From Chiloscyllium plagiosum (lineage: Eukaryota): 64,000 nt of DNA. The first letter of the stretch is position 1; each line of letters starts with the position of its first letter. The position numbers were made by a program, and so were the translations under genes. The stretch is taken from the NCBI RefSeq assembly GCF_004010195.1, contig NC_057759.1, positions 4,530,906 through 4,594,905 of the forward strand. Reading direction: 5' to 3'. This document shows positions 52,920 through 64,000 of this stretch, piece after piece. A model generated the notes under the pieces. It worked only from the letters and a program-made list of their open reading frames with translations, had not been told where the DNA came from and did not search any database.

Positions 52920-53230
52920 GATAAAAAAGGAACACCACTCATCTAAATCTGAATTATCATTGTCGTCCTCATTAAAACTAAGGCCAACCATCGAATTGCG
53001 CAGTTCTGTTTGTTTACCAGTCACTTGTGACTTCTCCTTGTGTTTCTGTATTTATTTTGCTCGAGCAATTCACTTTTAAGAACCTCAACAGACTTCATAG
53101 CACCATTTGCAGTTAATTCAATCCCCAATTTGGTGGCAGTATCCTGCCACGAGCGCAAAACTGATTTTTTGTGCCTCTCATCACAAAACTGTCACAGTAG
53201 TCCAATTAACTCTTTCGTTCCCACTCCCAT
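52920..53230 (-). pseudogene. Possible gag N-terminal remnant
   Basis: MGVGTKELIGLL*QFCDERHKKSVLRSWQDTATKLG...; Met-Gly start and position upstream of env on the same strand; no diagnostic motif seen. Confidence 0.35.
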
Positions 53231-53522
53231 GTTATGTTGCTAAATCAATTGCTGAGCTGATTTAACCAACTGAACAACTTAGGAACTCCTAATGATATTC
53301 TTCATCACCCAATGTTTTGTTTAGATTCCATACAGTTTTCCAAAGGCCTCAGACCTTTCGGAAAATTTTCACATAATTTCACTAACGTTGATGAAATTAC
53401 TCACGATCAATCTTCCACAGATGCTAATCAATTTCACAAACCTTTTTATTAAAAAAAACTTTCATTATAAAATATTGTGTTTTTTTAAAAGAAATTTATT
53501 ATATCAATAATAACCTATAATT

Positions 53523-53758
53523 AAATACCAGGAACCTCTTGCTCCCTATAACTTCAAATATCAAGAGCCTCATGCCCCCTGTTACCTCAAATGCCAGGGG
53601 CCTCTTGCCCCCGTAACCTCAAATACCAGGGGTCTCTTACCCCCTGTAACATTAAATATCAAGGCCCTCTTGCCCCCTGTAACATCAAATTCCAGGGGTC
53701 TCTTGCCCCCTGTTACCTCAAATACCAGGGGCCTCTTGCCCCCTGTAACCCCAAATAC
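53523..53758. repeat. 33-bp minisatellite, ~7 copies, with internal hairpin
   Basis: Unit AAATACCAGGGGCCTCTTGCCCCCTGTAACCTC at 53523, 53556, 53589, 53621, 53654, 53687 and 53720. Confidence 0.92.
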
Positions 53759-53906
53759 GAAGTGTTAATAATTTCCTATATTGAAAGCGTTGAGGGCAAC
53801 AGTCTTCAAAACCAGCTGAAAATACAAGCATCCGATCTTTTTAGAACCTGGGAATAAAAAAAATTCAAACAACCTCAAAGTTTTTTTTAAACTTAAAAAG
53901 GAAGAC

Positions 53907-54744
53907 TGTGAGAAACAGAGTTCACAATATAATAATTTTCAGTCTGAGTCAAATTCTGAAGCAACAAATTTTATTGAAACGTTCTTGCAAGACAGGTGTC
54001 TAACAAATAGGCACCCTGATCCAAAAATTACTCCACAATTTACACAGTTTAATTGAGTCTTTCTTGGTACTTCCCCATTTACCTCATTGGCCTAACATAT
54101 TACTTGATTACTTACAGTGTGGCCCAACAAGTCCAAACCGATCCTCTGAAGAGCAACTCACTCAGATCCATTCCCCTACATTTACCCCTCCACCTAACAC
54201 TGCAGGGAATTTAGTATGGCCAATTTACCAAACCTGCACAGTTTTGGACCATAGGAGGAAACTGGAGCACCCGGAGGAAACCCACACAGACACGGGAGAA
54301 TGTGTAAACTCCACATAGACAGTTGCCTGAGGCAGGAATTGAACCCAGGTTTCTGCCGCTGTCAGGCAGCAGTGCTAACCACTGTGTCACCGTGTCAAAC
54401 CTATCACTATTCCTTATTGTGTTCTGCCCCTGCTGAGCTGTGCTCCGCCCTTGTTTATTTCTCCACCTGCTCCAAGCCGGGCGACCCTTACTCTTCTTTA
54501 TCCTATCCCTTATTTGCAGCTAACTTAACTCGTTTTAGTGCCTATATGGGGGCAATATGCCGAGTTGGCATAATGTTCTTTCTACTCCTTATCTATTTGT
54601 TTGTAACATTTGTTTGCAGGCATGCTCCATTTTAACTAACTCAGTTCTTTGCTGAAACAATTAGAGACTGGTGTAGGTTAGTTCATTTACCTTGCAAAAG
54701 CAATTATTATTGTAGAAGTAACACTACTTTACCCACATCCCACA
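53907..54744 (-). mobile_element. LTR related to 40477-41142, containing a SINE (54103-54393)
   Basis: Shared ends TGTGAGAAACA.AG.TCAC and AGAAGTAACACTACTTTACC...ATCCCACA; no TSD found. Confidence 0.7.
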
Positions 54745-55881
54745 TCGAAGTTTTTTCAATTAAAAAAAAACGAAGTTCAAACCGTTGCATTTTTGTTAAA
54801 ACGATAAAAAAAACGAATTTCAAATGAACGAAGTTTTTTTAAAGAAACGAAAACAGCCCCAGCCTGTTCAAACGGTCGGAGTTTTTTTTTAACAAAAATA
54901 ATCGAAGTCCAAATAATCGGAGTTTTTTTTTATAAAAGCCGAAAATAAACGAAGATAAAATGACACGAACCCAAAAAAAAACGAGGTTAAAGCAGTCGGA
55001 GTTTTTTTAAATCGAGAAGTAACTAAGTTAACACAACCCGAACCCGAAAATAAATGACGTTTAAGCAATCAAAGTTTTTTTTTAAACAAGAAAGCACCGG
55101 AAAATAACAAATCTCGGGACATCGATTTTTTTTTTACTTCTGCAGTCAACGAAGCTCGGGAGAAAGAATTATTTTAAAACTAAAAATTAACAAAGCTTGG
55201 GAATTCAGATTTCAACACTCCCCTCAGAGTTCAGCAATTTTCGAAGACCAATGTGGGATTTAGATAAAACACTGTTACTTAGAGTCATAGCGATGTACAA
55301 GCATGGAAACAGACCCTTTGGTCCAACCCGTCCATGCCGACCAGATATCCAAATCCAATCTAGTCCCACCTGCCAACACCCGGCCCATATTCCTCCGAAC
55401 CCTTCCTATTCATATACACATCCAAATGCCTCTTAAATGGTGCAATTGTACGAGCCTCCACCACATCCTCGGGCAGCTCATTCCATACACGTACTACCCT
55501 CTGCGTGAAAAAGTTGTCCCTTAGGTCTCATTTATATCTTTCCCCTCTCACCCCAAACCTCTAGTTCTGGACTCCCCGACCCCAGGGAAAACACTTTGTC
55601 TATTTATCCTATACATGCCCCTCATAATTTTGTAAACCTCTATAAGGTCACCCCTCAGCCTCCGACGCTCCAGGGAAAACAGCCCCAGCCTGTTCAGCTT
55701 CTCCCTGTAGCTTAGATCCTCCAACCCTGGCAACATCCTTGTAAATCTTTTCTGAACCTTTTCAAGTTTCACAACATCTTTCTGATAGGAAGGAGATCAG
55801 AATTGCACGCAGTATTCCAACAGTGGCCTAACCAATGTCCTGTACAGCCGCAACATGACTGCCCAACTCCTGTACTCAATA

Positions 55882-56107
55882 GGTAAAAACAATGACTGCA
55901 GATGCTGGAAACCAGATTCTGGATCAGTGGTGCTGGAAGAGCACAGCAATTCAGGCAGCATCCGACGAGCATCAAAATCTACGTTTCGGGCAAAAGCCCT
56001 TCATCAGGCATATTCCTGATGAAGGGCTTTTGCCCGAAACGTCGATTTTGATGCTCGTCGGATGCTGCCTGAATTGCTGTGCTCTTCCAGCACCACTGAT
56101 CCAGAAT
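55882..56107. mobile_element. Near-perfect palindromic Penelope-derived insertion
   Basis: 94-bp arms 55915-56008 / 56015-56108 with one mismatch; TSD TCCTGTACTCAATA (55868-55881 / 56107-56120). Confidence 0.9.
56012..56047 (+). ncRNA. Minimal hammerhead ribozyme motif
   Basis: AUUC-CUGAUGA-A-GGGC(UUUU)GCCC-GAAA-C-GUC-GAUU; mirror copy on the - strand with a GUA triplet. Confidence 0.8.
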
Positions 56108-56524
56108 CCTGTACTCAATACTCCGACCAATAAAGGGAAGCATACCAAATGCCTTCTTCACTACCTGAAGTCTCTCTACCTGCGACTCCACTTTCAATGA
56201 GCTATGAACCTGCACTCCAAGGTCTCTTTGTTCAGCAACACTCCCTAGGACCTTATCATTAAGTGAATAAGTCCTGCTAAGATTTGCTTTCCCAAAATGC
56301 AGCACCTCGCACTTATCTGAATTAAACTCCATCTGCCACTTCTCAGCCGATTGGCCCATCTGGTCCAGATCCTGTTGTAATCTGAGGTAACCCTCTTCAC
56401 TGTCCACTACACCTCCAATTCTGGTGTAATCTGCAAACTTACTAACTATACCTCTTATGCTTGCATCCAAATCCTTTATGCAAATGACAAAAAGTAGAGG
56501 GCCCAGCACCGATCCTTGTGGCAC

Positions 56525-57024
56525 NNNNNNNNNNNNNNNNNNNNNNNNNNNNNNNNNNNNNNNNNNNNNNNNNNNNNNNNNNNNNNNNNNNNNNNNNNNN
56601 NNNNNNNNNNNNNNNNNNNNNNNNNNNNNNNNNNNNNNNNNNNNNNNNNNNNNNNNNNNNNNNNNNNNNNNNNNNNNNNNNNNNNNNNNNNNNNNNNNNN
56701 NNNNNNNNNNNNNNNNNNNNNNNNNNNNNNNNNNNNNNNNNNNNNNNNNNNNNNNNNNNNNNNNNNNNNNNNNNNNNNNNNNNNNNNNNNNNNNNNNNNN
56801 NNNNNNNNNNNNNNNNNNNNNNNNNNNNNNNNNNNNNNNNNNNNNNNNNNNNNNNNNNNNNNNNNNNNNNNNNNNNNNNNNNNNNNNNNNNNNNNNNNNN
56901 NNNNNNNNNNNNNNNNNNNNNNNNNNNNNNNNNNNNNNNNNNNNNNNNNNNNNNNNNNNNNNNNNNNNNNNNNNNNNNNNNNNNNNNNNNNNNNNNNNNN
57001 NNNNNNNNNNNNNNNNNNNNNNNN
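56525..57024. other. Assembly gap (500 N)
   Basis: Run of N; a second gap of 47 N lies at 24430-24476. Confidence 1.
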
Positions 57025-57135
57025 CCATGTCAGGGTAACATGGTGGCACACTGGTGCAGGGACCCAGTTTCAATTCCAGCCTTGGCTCATTGTACAAATT
57101 GCACACAGACATGTTCCCCATGTCTGCATTGGTTT

Positions 57136-57824
57136 TGATACGACATGGGGTAAACCCCTTTGCTAATTTAAAACCAGCAACACTGAAAAGATTTATCTCA
57201 TGCAGTAATCTGTGAAAATGTGACAGGCCTAGAACCAATTAAAATAAAGATTAACAGCTTTATTTATTAAAATATAACAGAGAGTGATTAACTAACAAGT
57301 ATTTACAACTCCTTCCTCTAACCTATCTTCTATAATACTCGTCCGAGAGAAGTCCTGATAAAGATTTACAAAACAAAACAGTTTATCTCAAAACCAGGCA
57401 GCTTTTGGTACTTTTCTGTATTCGGGTTGTCTTTTGTTCTTCTTGAAGATTGTGCTTCACAGGTCACTGATCGATAAAGTACCTTTCAGAGAGCTAATTT
57501 TCAGGGAGTCTTTTTACATGCTTGGTGGCTTGGCAATTCGCCTCCTAACTGTTCAATTTTACCCAGTCTTATACCTCCAGAGCTTCACATGTATCATTGG
57601 CTTTTAAGATTGTTAATATACTCAATTCAGACTGGATTGGAATTTGATATTTTCGGGATTCAAACATTTGGTTGAATTCAAATATTTTTGTCTCCAGGCA
57701 AACAACTACTTGGGTTGTTTGACTAAATGTTACTTTGTCTTTTTTCGGAACACTTGGTGATGTCCAGTAGTTCTACTGGCTGATAACTTTCTTAAAGGTA
57801 CAGTACACCCACATCTTCATAACA
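57136..57824 (-). mobile_element. Solo LTR (duplicate of 36375-37035)
   Basis: - strand TGTTATG...CGTATCA with flanks GAAC/AAAC, inside a SINE. Confidence 0.75.
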
Positions 57825-58362
57825 GTTCCCTCTTGGTGCTCTAGTTTCCTTTCACAGTCCAAACATGTGCAAGTTAGCTGGATTAGTCATTGTAAATTGC
57901 CCTGCAATATTCAGCAATGCTCAGACTAGGTGGGTTAACTATGGTAAAGATGTGGTTATGGGGGTAGGGTGGGGTCTATATCTGGGTGGGATGTGCTTTG
58001 GCGAGTTGTTGCAGGCCGATGGGCTGAATGACCTCTATCTATACTGGAGAAATTCTACGTACTGTAAATGAAAATGAGACTTTTTAGACTATTGTCAGTC
58101 TCTCACACTCTAAAGCAGTTTAGATAATTTCCACAACTTTTATTCGATGGTAAGTTCTGTGAGTGCAGAACTCATCTTGTTTCTTCCATTTACTTATACG
58201 GTTTGTGTATTTGTGAAGTATTCTCTACCTGTCAGTCTGTGCTATTCAATAGGCCTGTGAATACAGCTTATTGTCCTTCAAAACTCTGCTCAGATGTGAC
58301 AGACTGTGAACAGATGAGAGCCATATTGACTAGTGAGGAACTTGGAAACTAACATTTAATTA

Positions 58363-58741
58363 GGAGAAAGTGAGGACTGCAGGTGCTGAAGACCAGAGTT
58401 GAAAAATGTGATGCTGGAAAAACACATCAGGCCAGGCAGCATCCGAGGAGAGTGTGGAAACAGACCCTTCAGCCCAACAGGTCCACACCGACCCTCTGAA
58501 GAGTAACGCACCCAAGCATCTTTTCCCTCTGAACTACGCACCTAATTGACAACTTAAGCATGGCCAATTCACCTGACCTGCACATCTTTGGACCGTGGGA
58601 GGACACCGGAGCACCCGGAGGAAACCCACGCAGACACAGGGAGAATGTGCAAACTCCACGCAAATAGTCACCCGAAGTTGCAATCGAACCCGGGACTCTG
58701 ATGCTGTGAGGCAACAGTGCCAACTACTGAGCCACTGTGCC
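58363..58741 (-). mobile_element. Penelope terminal fragment abutting a HE1-type SINE, specific to the right arm
   Basis: Absent at the paralogous position ~34990-35040. Confidence 0.8.
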
Positions 58742-59795
58742 AAAAGATTTTTGAAAGAAACAGTTGTTATGATACAGGAAGGATGCCCACACTCGATTAA
58801 TCCTGCTTCAATCTTCCTGCATGGTGTTACTGAGCAGTTTAAATGTTTGCTGTCAAGTGAACAGCCGGTTAGCAAAGGAGAGAGTTTTCAGTTCATGTTT
58901 CCTGAAGTGAATGGGAAAGATCTTATTTTCTTTGACTGTATCTGTAGGATTCACAGACAAGTGAAACCTGAACACAATGTGCTGGTTCTGTGCTGTTCTT
59001 CAGAGTCAAGGAGGTAAAAGCAATGGACTTTTGCAACTCCGATAGTGCGGAGTCTAACTGGGAATAATCAAGGTGTAGCCTTTAGAGAGTCACACAGATT
59101 TACAGCACAGAAACAGATCCTTTGGTGCAAGCTGTTATTGCTGACCAGAGATCCTGATCTGACCTAGTCCCATTTAAATTAAGATCTCACGACACCAGGT
59201 TATAGTACAACAGGTTTATGTGGGAGCACTAGCTTTCAGAGCGATGAAGGAGCAGTGCACTGAAAGCTAGTGCTTTCAAATAAACCTGTTGTCTGAGAAA
59301 CTGGTGTTGTGTGATTTGTAACATTGTCCACCCCAGTGCAATGCTGGCACCTCAACATCATGACTAGTCCCATTTGCCAGCACTTGGTGCATATCCCTCG
59401 AAATTGTTCCTATTCTTGTACATATCCAGGTGCCTTTAAAAGGTTGGAATTGTACCTACCATCTCCACTTCCTCTGGTAGCTCATTCCATACAAGCAACA
59501 CCCTCTATGTGATAAACTAACACCTTTTTAAATCCTTTCTCCTCAAATTAAACCTGTGCCCTCCATTTTTGCACGCACCCATACTCGGAAAAAGACCTTG
59601 GCTATCACCCTATCATGTCCCTCATGATTTTCACAACCTGTACAAAGGTCACACCTCATTCTCCGACAGTCCAGGGAACAAAGCAACAGCCTGTTCAGCC
59701 TTTCCTTATAACTCAAAACCCCCAGTCCTGGCAATGAAGCATCCTGATGAGAGGAGAGCAGTTGATGTGGTTTACATGCACTTCAGTCAGGCCTT

Positions 59796-61004
59796 TGTCG
59801 GAGCATAACCCCCAACCGGGGATGAAAGACTCAGCAGGCAGGCAGTATTCAGGCAAGTGGTAGGAGGTTCGTGCAGGCAGACGGCCTCCGAGAGGACAAA
59901 AGACTGTCCTCCGAGACTGGCCTCAGAACAGAGGTCTATGACACACTCTGATTTTACAATAAAAAGCAATATTTTTAATAAACTTTCTGATAACAATCAC
60001 ATACAACTTTATTACGATGTTCCTCTCTCTTACTTTGCATATCCTATTCAATGAGATACCTAATCAATGATGGGCATTTCTATGGACTGCCCCAGGATCC
60101 CCTGACCTCTCAGAGTTTAGCGGACATTGTAATCTCTTGGCTTTGTGATCTTTCTATGCATCCTATCATTCTTATTCCAAAGTTATGTGCGAAAAACCTT
60201 CAGGTTTCTCTCAGGCTAGCTTGTCTCTCAGGACAGTTTGAATGCTGTTATTCATTGTATTCCATTTTATCAAGTTCAATTGCTCCTCTGATATAATAGG
60301 GCAGTGGGGAATATATGAGGAAAAAACAAAGGACAGTTTGATTTGACTTACTTGCCATAGACTTGTAATTTTAATTTTTATTATAAAAAGTTAGTTACAA
60401 AGTGTGAAGTAATTTATTTGCCCCAACTGTTAGCACTTTGTGATTAATGGGCTGTGAGCAATCTATTGTGATCTGGGCATAAGAGAAGTCATTACCTAAA
60501 GTAACTAACCTTCACTTCCAGGTTTAAATGCTTCTTTTCCCCTTTCTGCTTTAGTATTATGCACCTAGTTTTCATGCTGGAAACTGCCGAGTTAATGCTA
60601 CGTCTCTTTACGAGAACCTAATTCTTAATATTCCAACTTATTTCAAGAAACTACATACTTTAAGATACCTTTAGCTGTTTTGGGCATTAATGGGCTGTAA
60701 CTAGCACCTGGTGTCTGTTCAGTAACTGGGACAATTACCCTTTCATTTAATGTGGCTGGAGTTACTCATTTACCGGACCTTCGGTCTGCTTGTCAGAACT
60801 GTTTCAAATTGGAACAGGCTGGGTCCTTGGAATGGCTTTATCAATGGTATCATTTTACCTTATTGTGTGAGTGCGCTGTAAAGCTTAGATTCTGCCTGCC
60901 ATTCTGTTTCACAAACTGCTGTTTAATTCTACTTTACACTTACATACCAGTTTGTGTTAACAGACATGGGCTACTCTATCTGGCCTGGTACAGGCCACCC
61001 CGAA
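59796..61004 (-). mobile_element. Solo LTR (duplicate of 32756-33933)
   Basis: Flanked by GCCTT at 59791-59795 and 61005-61009. Confidence 0.78.
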
Positions 61005-62594
61005 GCCTTTGACAAAGTCCCATATAAAAGACTGGTCCAAGATTGGCACTTGGAGTCTTAAGCAAACTGGATCTGAAATGAGCTTGCAGACAGGATGCAA
61101 ACTATGATGGTGGAAGGTTGTGTTTGTGATTGGAAGCCTGTGACCAGTGGTGTATCACAGGGATCAGTGCTGGGACCCTTGCTGCTTGTTATGTAAATAT
61201 TAACAATTGGATGTGAATGTATAATTAGTATGCCTGCAGATGACTTTTTCATGTGGAAGTATTAAATGTTTCAGTGCAGTCTTGGTGTACAAAGGGCCTG
61301 TTTTGTGCTGTATTGTTCTTTGCTCTATGACATGAAAGTTGGTGGTGTTGTTGACAGTGAGGGGGATGGTCTCAGGCTACAGTATGAGGACTTTGGGCAC
61401 TGCAATGACAGATGGAATTTAATCCTGATAAATGTGAGGTAATGCATTTTGGGAGGTCTAATAAGGGAAAGAATTACACAATGAAGGATTGGTCCCGAGG
61501 TAATACTGAGGAACAAAGGTACCTTGGTGTACAAGTCTATAGATCACAGAAGTGGTCAGCACAGGCAGACAGGCTGCTGAAGGCAGCATACAGAATGCTT
61601 CCCGGAGCTGTCAAATATAAGAGCAAGGAAGTCTTATTCCACATTTATAAAACAGATCAAATACTGTGTGCAGTTCTGATTGCCACACAATTAGAAGGAT
61701 GGGATCGACTGGAGAGGATGCAGTGGGTTGGAAAGTCTCTGTTAAAAGGGGAGACCGTATGAGCTGGGTTTGGTTTCCTTGGAGCAGAGGACATTGAGGG
61801 AGGATCTGACTGAGATATACTAAATTATGCAAAATGCAGACAGAGTAGATTGTGAGAATCTTTCTCCCGTTAGTAGATGTGCCGAAGACCAGAGGGTAAA
61901 AGTTGAAGTTGTGGGGAAAGCAGTTTAGAGGATATCTGAGAAAAATATTTTGACCTAGCTGGTGGGTAAAGTTTGTAATATGCTGCCTGAGAGTGTGATG
62001 GAATACTCTCACAGCATTTAAGCAGCATCAGGATATGACCTAATGAAACCAGGGCATAGTCAGCTCTTGGCCAAGTGCAGATAAATAGGATGAATGCAGT
62101 TTTTGGTGTTTGTTGGACATCATGGACATGGTAGGCTGAAGGGTCTGTTTCTATGCTGTATGACTCTATATCGCTATAACATCCTTGTAACTCTTTTCTG
62201 CAGCATCTAAAGTTTAACAACATCCTTCCTGGAGAAGGATGATGAGCGTTGTATGCAATCTCATAAGAATGGCATCACTTAATGTCCTGTACAGCCACCA
62301 GATGACATCCCAACTCCTACACGAAATGTTCCGACGAAGGAAGGAAAGCTTGCCAAACGCTTTCTTCACCGTCCTGTCTACCTGTGGCTCTACTTTCAAG
62401 AAGATCTCCCAGGTGCAATGGTTCAAGCTGCAACCCTCGGTCTCTTTGTTCAGCAACACTTGCCAAGGCCCCACCATTAAGTGTATAAGTCCTGCCCTGG
62501 TTTGTCTTAATCAAAATCTAACACCTCACATGTATCTAAATGTATCTGTATCTGTCACGTCTTGGCCCACTGACCTACATGATCAATTGGTGAG

Positions 62595-63495
62595 CTGAAA
62601 GAAGACAGAGGGTGGTAGCTGATGGGAAATGTTCATTCCTGGAGTTCAGTTACTGGTGGTGTACCGCAAGGATCTGTTTTGGGTGAGGGTGTAGAAAGAT
62701 GGATTTGCAAATTTGTGGATGATACTAACGTCAGTGGAGTTGCGGACAATGCTGAAGGTTGTTGCAGGTTACACAGGTACATAGATAAGCTGCAGAGTTG
62801 GGCTGCGAGGTGGCAAATGGAGTTTAATGTGGAAAAGTGTGAGATGATTCACTTTGGAAGGAGTACTGGTCTAATGGTAATGTTCTTGGTAGTGTAGATG
62901 AGCAGAGAGATCTCTGTGTACATGTACATAGATCCTTGAAAGCTGCCACCCAAGTTGATAGGGTTGTTGAGACGGCATACGGTGGTTAGCTTTTATTGGG
63001 AGAGGGATTGAGTTTTGAAACCATGAGGTCATGCTGCAGCTCTACAAAACTCTGGTGTGGCCGCACTTGGAAAGTTGCATCCAGTTCTTGTCCCCACATT
63101 ACAGTAAGGATGTGGAAGCTTTGGAAAGGGCTCATAGGTGATTTACTGGGCCGTTGCCTGGTCTGGATGGAATGTCTTATGAAGAAAGGCTGAGGGACAT
63201 GAGGCTTCATTAGAGAGAAGAAGGTTGAGAAGTGACTTCATAGAGACACACAAAATAATCAGAGGGTTAGATAGTGTGGGCAGTGAGAGCCTTACTCCTC
63301 CGATGGTGATGGCTAGCACCAGTGGACATCACTTTAAATTGAGGGACGATAAATATAAGACAGATGTCAGAGGTAGTTTCTTTACTCAGAGTAGTAGAGG
63401 CATGGAACGTTCTGCCTGGAACTGTAGTAGACTCACCAATTGTATGGACATTTAAATGCAATAGTATACTGCACTGTCATGTTCTATGTTCTATT
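62595..63495 (+). mobile_element. Degraded CR1 3' fragment
   Basis: VTGGVPQGSVLG..KFVDDT..WQMEFNVEKC; TGTTCTATGTTCTA tail. Confidence 0.85.
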
Positions 63496-64000
63496 ATCTC
63501 ACTAAAGTGGAGCTTATTCAAGGAACAGCTACTGCGTGTCCTTGATTAGTATGTACCTGTCAGGCAGGGAGGAAGTGGATGAGTGAGGGAGCCGTGGTTT
63601 ACTAAGGAAGTTGATCTCTTGTCAGGAGGAAGAAAGCTTATGTTACGATGAGATGTGAAGGCACAGTTAGGGCGCTCAGAGTTACAAGCTAGCCAGGAAT
63701 GACCTAAAGAGAGAACTAAAAGGAGCCAGGAGGGGACAAGAGAAGTCTTTGGCAGACAGGATCAAAGAAAATCCTAAAGCTTTCTATAGCTATATCAGGA
63801 ACAAAAGAATGACTAGAATTAGATTCGGGTCAATCATGGACAGGAGTGGGAAGTTGTGCATGGAGTCCTAGGAGATAGGAGAAGTGCAAAATGAATACTT
63901 TTTAAAATCGGTATTCACACTGGAAAAAGACAATGTTGTCGACGAGAATACTGAGTTACAGGCTACTAGACTAGATGGGAGATAAGTTCACAAGGAGGAC

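Larger units (their letters stand above)
55281..56524 (-). mobile_element. CR1 3' part running into the assembly gap
   Basis: VPQGSVLGPLLFVI..KFADYT..WQMEFNSDKC; closely similar to 23744-24720. Confidence 0.9.
57025..64000 (-). repeat. Right arm of inverted segmental duplication
   Basis: Reverse-complement collinearity with 28497-37146. Confidence 0.9.

Noticed and set aside
53523..53758. CRISPR-like palindromic repeats
   Set aside because: Units are contiguous with no unique spacers, no cas genes are present, and the context is eukaryotic.
55979..57238. Long ORFs spanning the N run
   Set aside because: Artefacts of translating the assembly gap.
57025..64000. Uncollapsed haplotype as explanation for the duplication
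   Set aside because: The arms differ by many substitutions and by whole TE insertions, far more than expected for alleles.

Overview
Repeat-dense vertebrate DNA, very probably a cartilaginous fish (inferred from HE1/V-SINE-type SINEs, CR1-clade LINEs and MA(D/E)EKK-type H2B tails), from a replication-dependent histone locus. It contains one H2B gene that is intact as far as visible (runs off the left edge, - strand), a frameshifted H2B, and an H2A with two nonsense codons. Both pseudogenes keep perfect histone 3' stem-loops. The rest is nested CR1 LINEs, tRNA-derived SINEs, Penelope-like (GIY-YIG) elements, solo LTRs of at least three families, an internally deleted endogenous retrovirus (env TM clear, gag-like piece tentative), several kb of a degenerate ~50-bp tandem repeat, and a ~7-8.6 kb inverted segmental duplication. 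The most notable hidden signal is a set of minimal hammerhead-ribozyme motifs (CUGANGA-A-stemII-GAAA-NNUH) carried on short Penelope-derived insertions of several families. Most are long palindromes centred next to the ribozyme, and several have 9-14 bp target-site duplications. All calls are by eye; identities and many boundaries are approximate.
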